64,000 nucleotides of DNA, taken from Podarcis liolepis. Its lineage: Eukaryota. A program made the translations under genes and the position numbers. The notes under the pieces are model-generated. The model had not been told where the DNA came from. It did not search any database and saw nothing but the letters and a program-made list of their open reading frames with translations. Positions 63,732 through 64,000 of this stretch are shown piece by piece; the first letter of the stretch is position 1, and every line of letters starts with the position of its first letter. The stretch lies in the NCBI GenBank assembly GCA_965112155.1, contig OZ218103.1; one strand, 5' to 3'.

Positions 63732-64000
63732 ACTGGACGTGGCCAGATGCATTTGTCATTGAAAATTCAGACTCTGAATCATGGACAAGTCACACAGTAA
63801 AAAAGCTCACTGCATCCCTCGAAGCATCACGTACAGGAGAGAAAGAATTCAGGAACCAGTCAAGCCACCACAAGCAAGCCCCAGGGGGGAACTGGGGGAA
63901 CAGAGAAAGGAGGGATGAACACTTTCATCGAAAAATAATATCGTGGTTTGGCGATTCCCCACTTGCAAATTTTGGCTTGCATCGCCTAACAGAATATGGA
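63732..64000 (+). CDS. ATG4C: ATG4C exon 5, truncated by the window end (WTWPDAFVIENSDSESWTSHTVKKLTASLEAS...HRKIISWFGDSPLANFGLHRLTEYG)
   Basis: Acceptor tcacag|; open in the expected frame to 64000; motif IISWFGDSP. Confidence 0.96.

Noticed and set aside
63860-63910. Possible frameshift or pseudogenisation at the G6 and G5 homopolymers in ATG4C exon 5
   Set aside because: The frame is preserved through HRKIISWFGDSP, and the segment has the same length as remembered human ATG4C; it is just a divergent loop.

Overview
Vertebrate nuclear genomic DNA. The full-length Sauria SINE and the other repeats point to a squamate, most likely a lacertid lizard. The window holds the 5' parts of two head-to-head genes. 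DOCK7 is on the - strand: coding exons 1-14, ATG at 44428, 1682 coding nt, all GT-AG introns in phase, with intron 14 running off the left edge. ATG4C is on the + strand: a non-coding exon 1 ending near 55447, coding exons 2-5 from the ATG at 59116, and exon 5 cut by the right edge. Each gene has its own CpG-rich promoter, about 10.5 kb apart. Introns are full of SINEs, Tc1/mariner- and hAT-type MITEs, and L2/CR1/RTE LINE remnants. Almost all ORFs in the supplied track are spurious. Main hunt results: (1) a 7SK snRNA-derived segment in DOCK7 intron 14 next to a 165-N gap about the size of the missing 7SK 5' part; (2) a well-formed in-frame 33-nt candidate exon or alternative start (YAAGMAVVGGQ) in DOCK7 intron 2; (3) an ATF4-like two-uORF leader on ATG4C; (4) a GC-AG intron 4 in ATG4C with a competing in-frame GT donor; (5) an inverted pair of ZNF143/THAP11 motifs in the ATG4C promoter, echoed by an abundant palindromic MITE family. 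Comparisons to human sequences are from memory; no searches were run.
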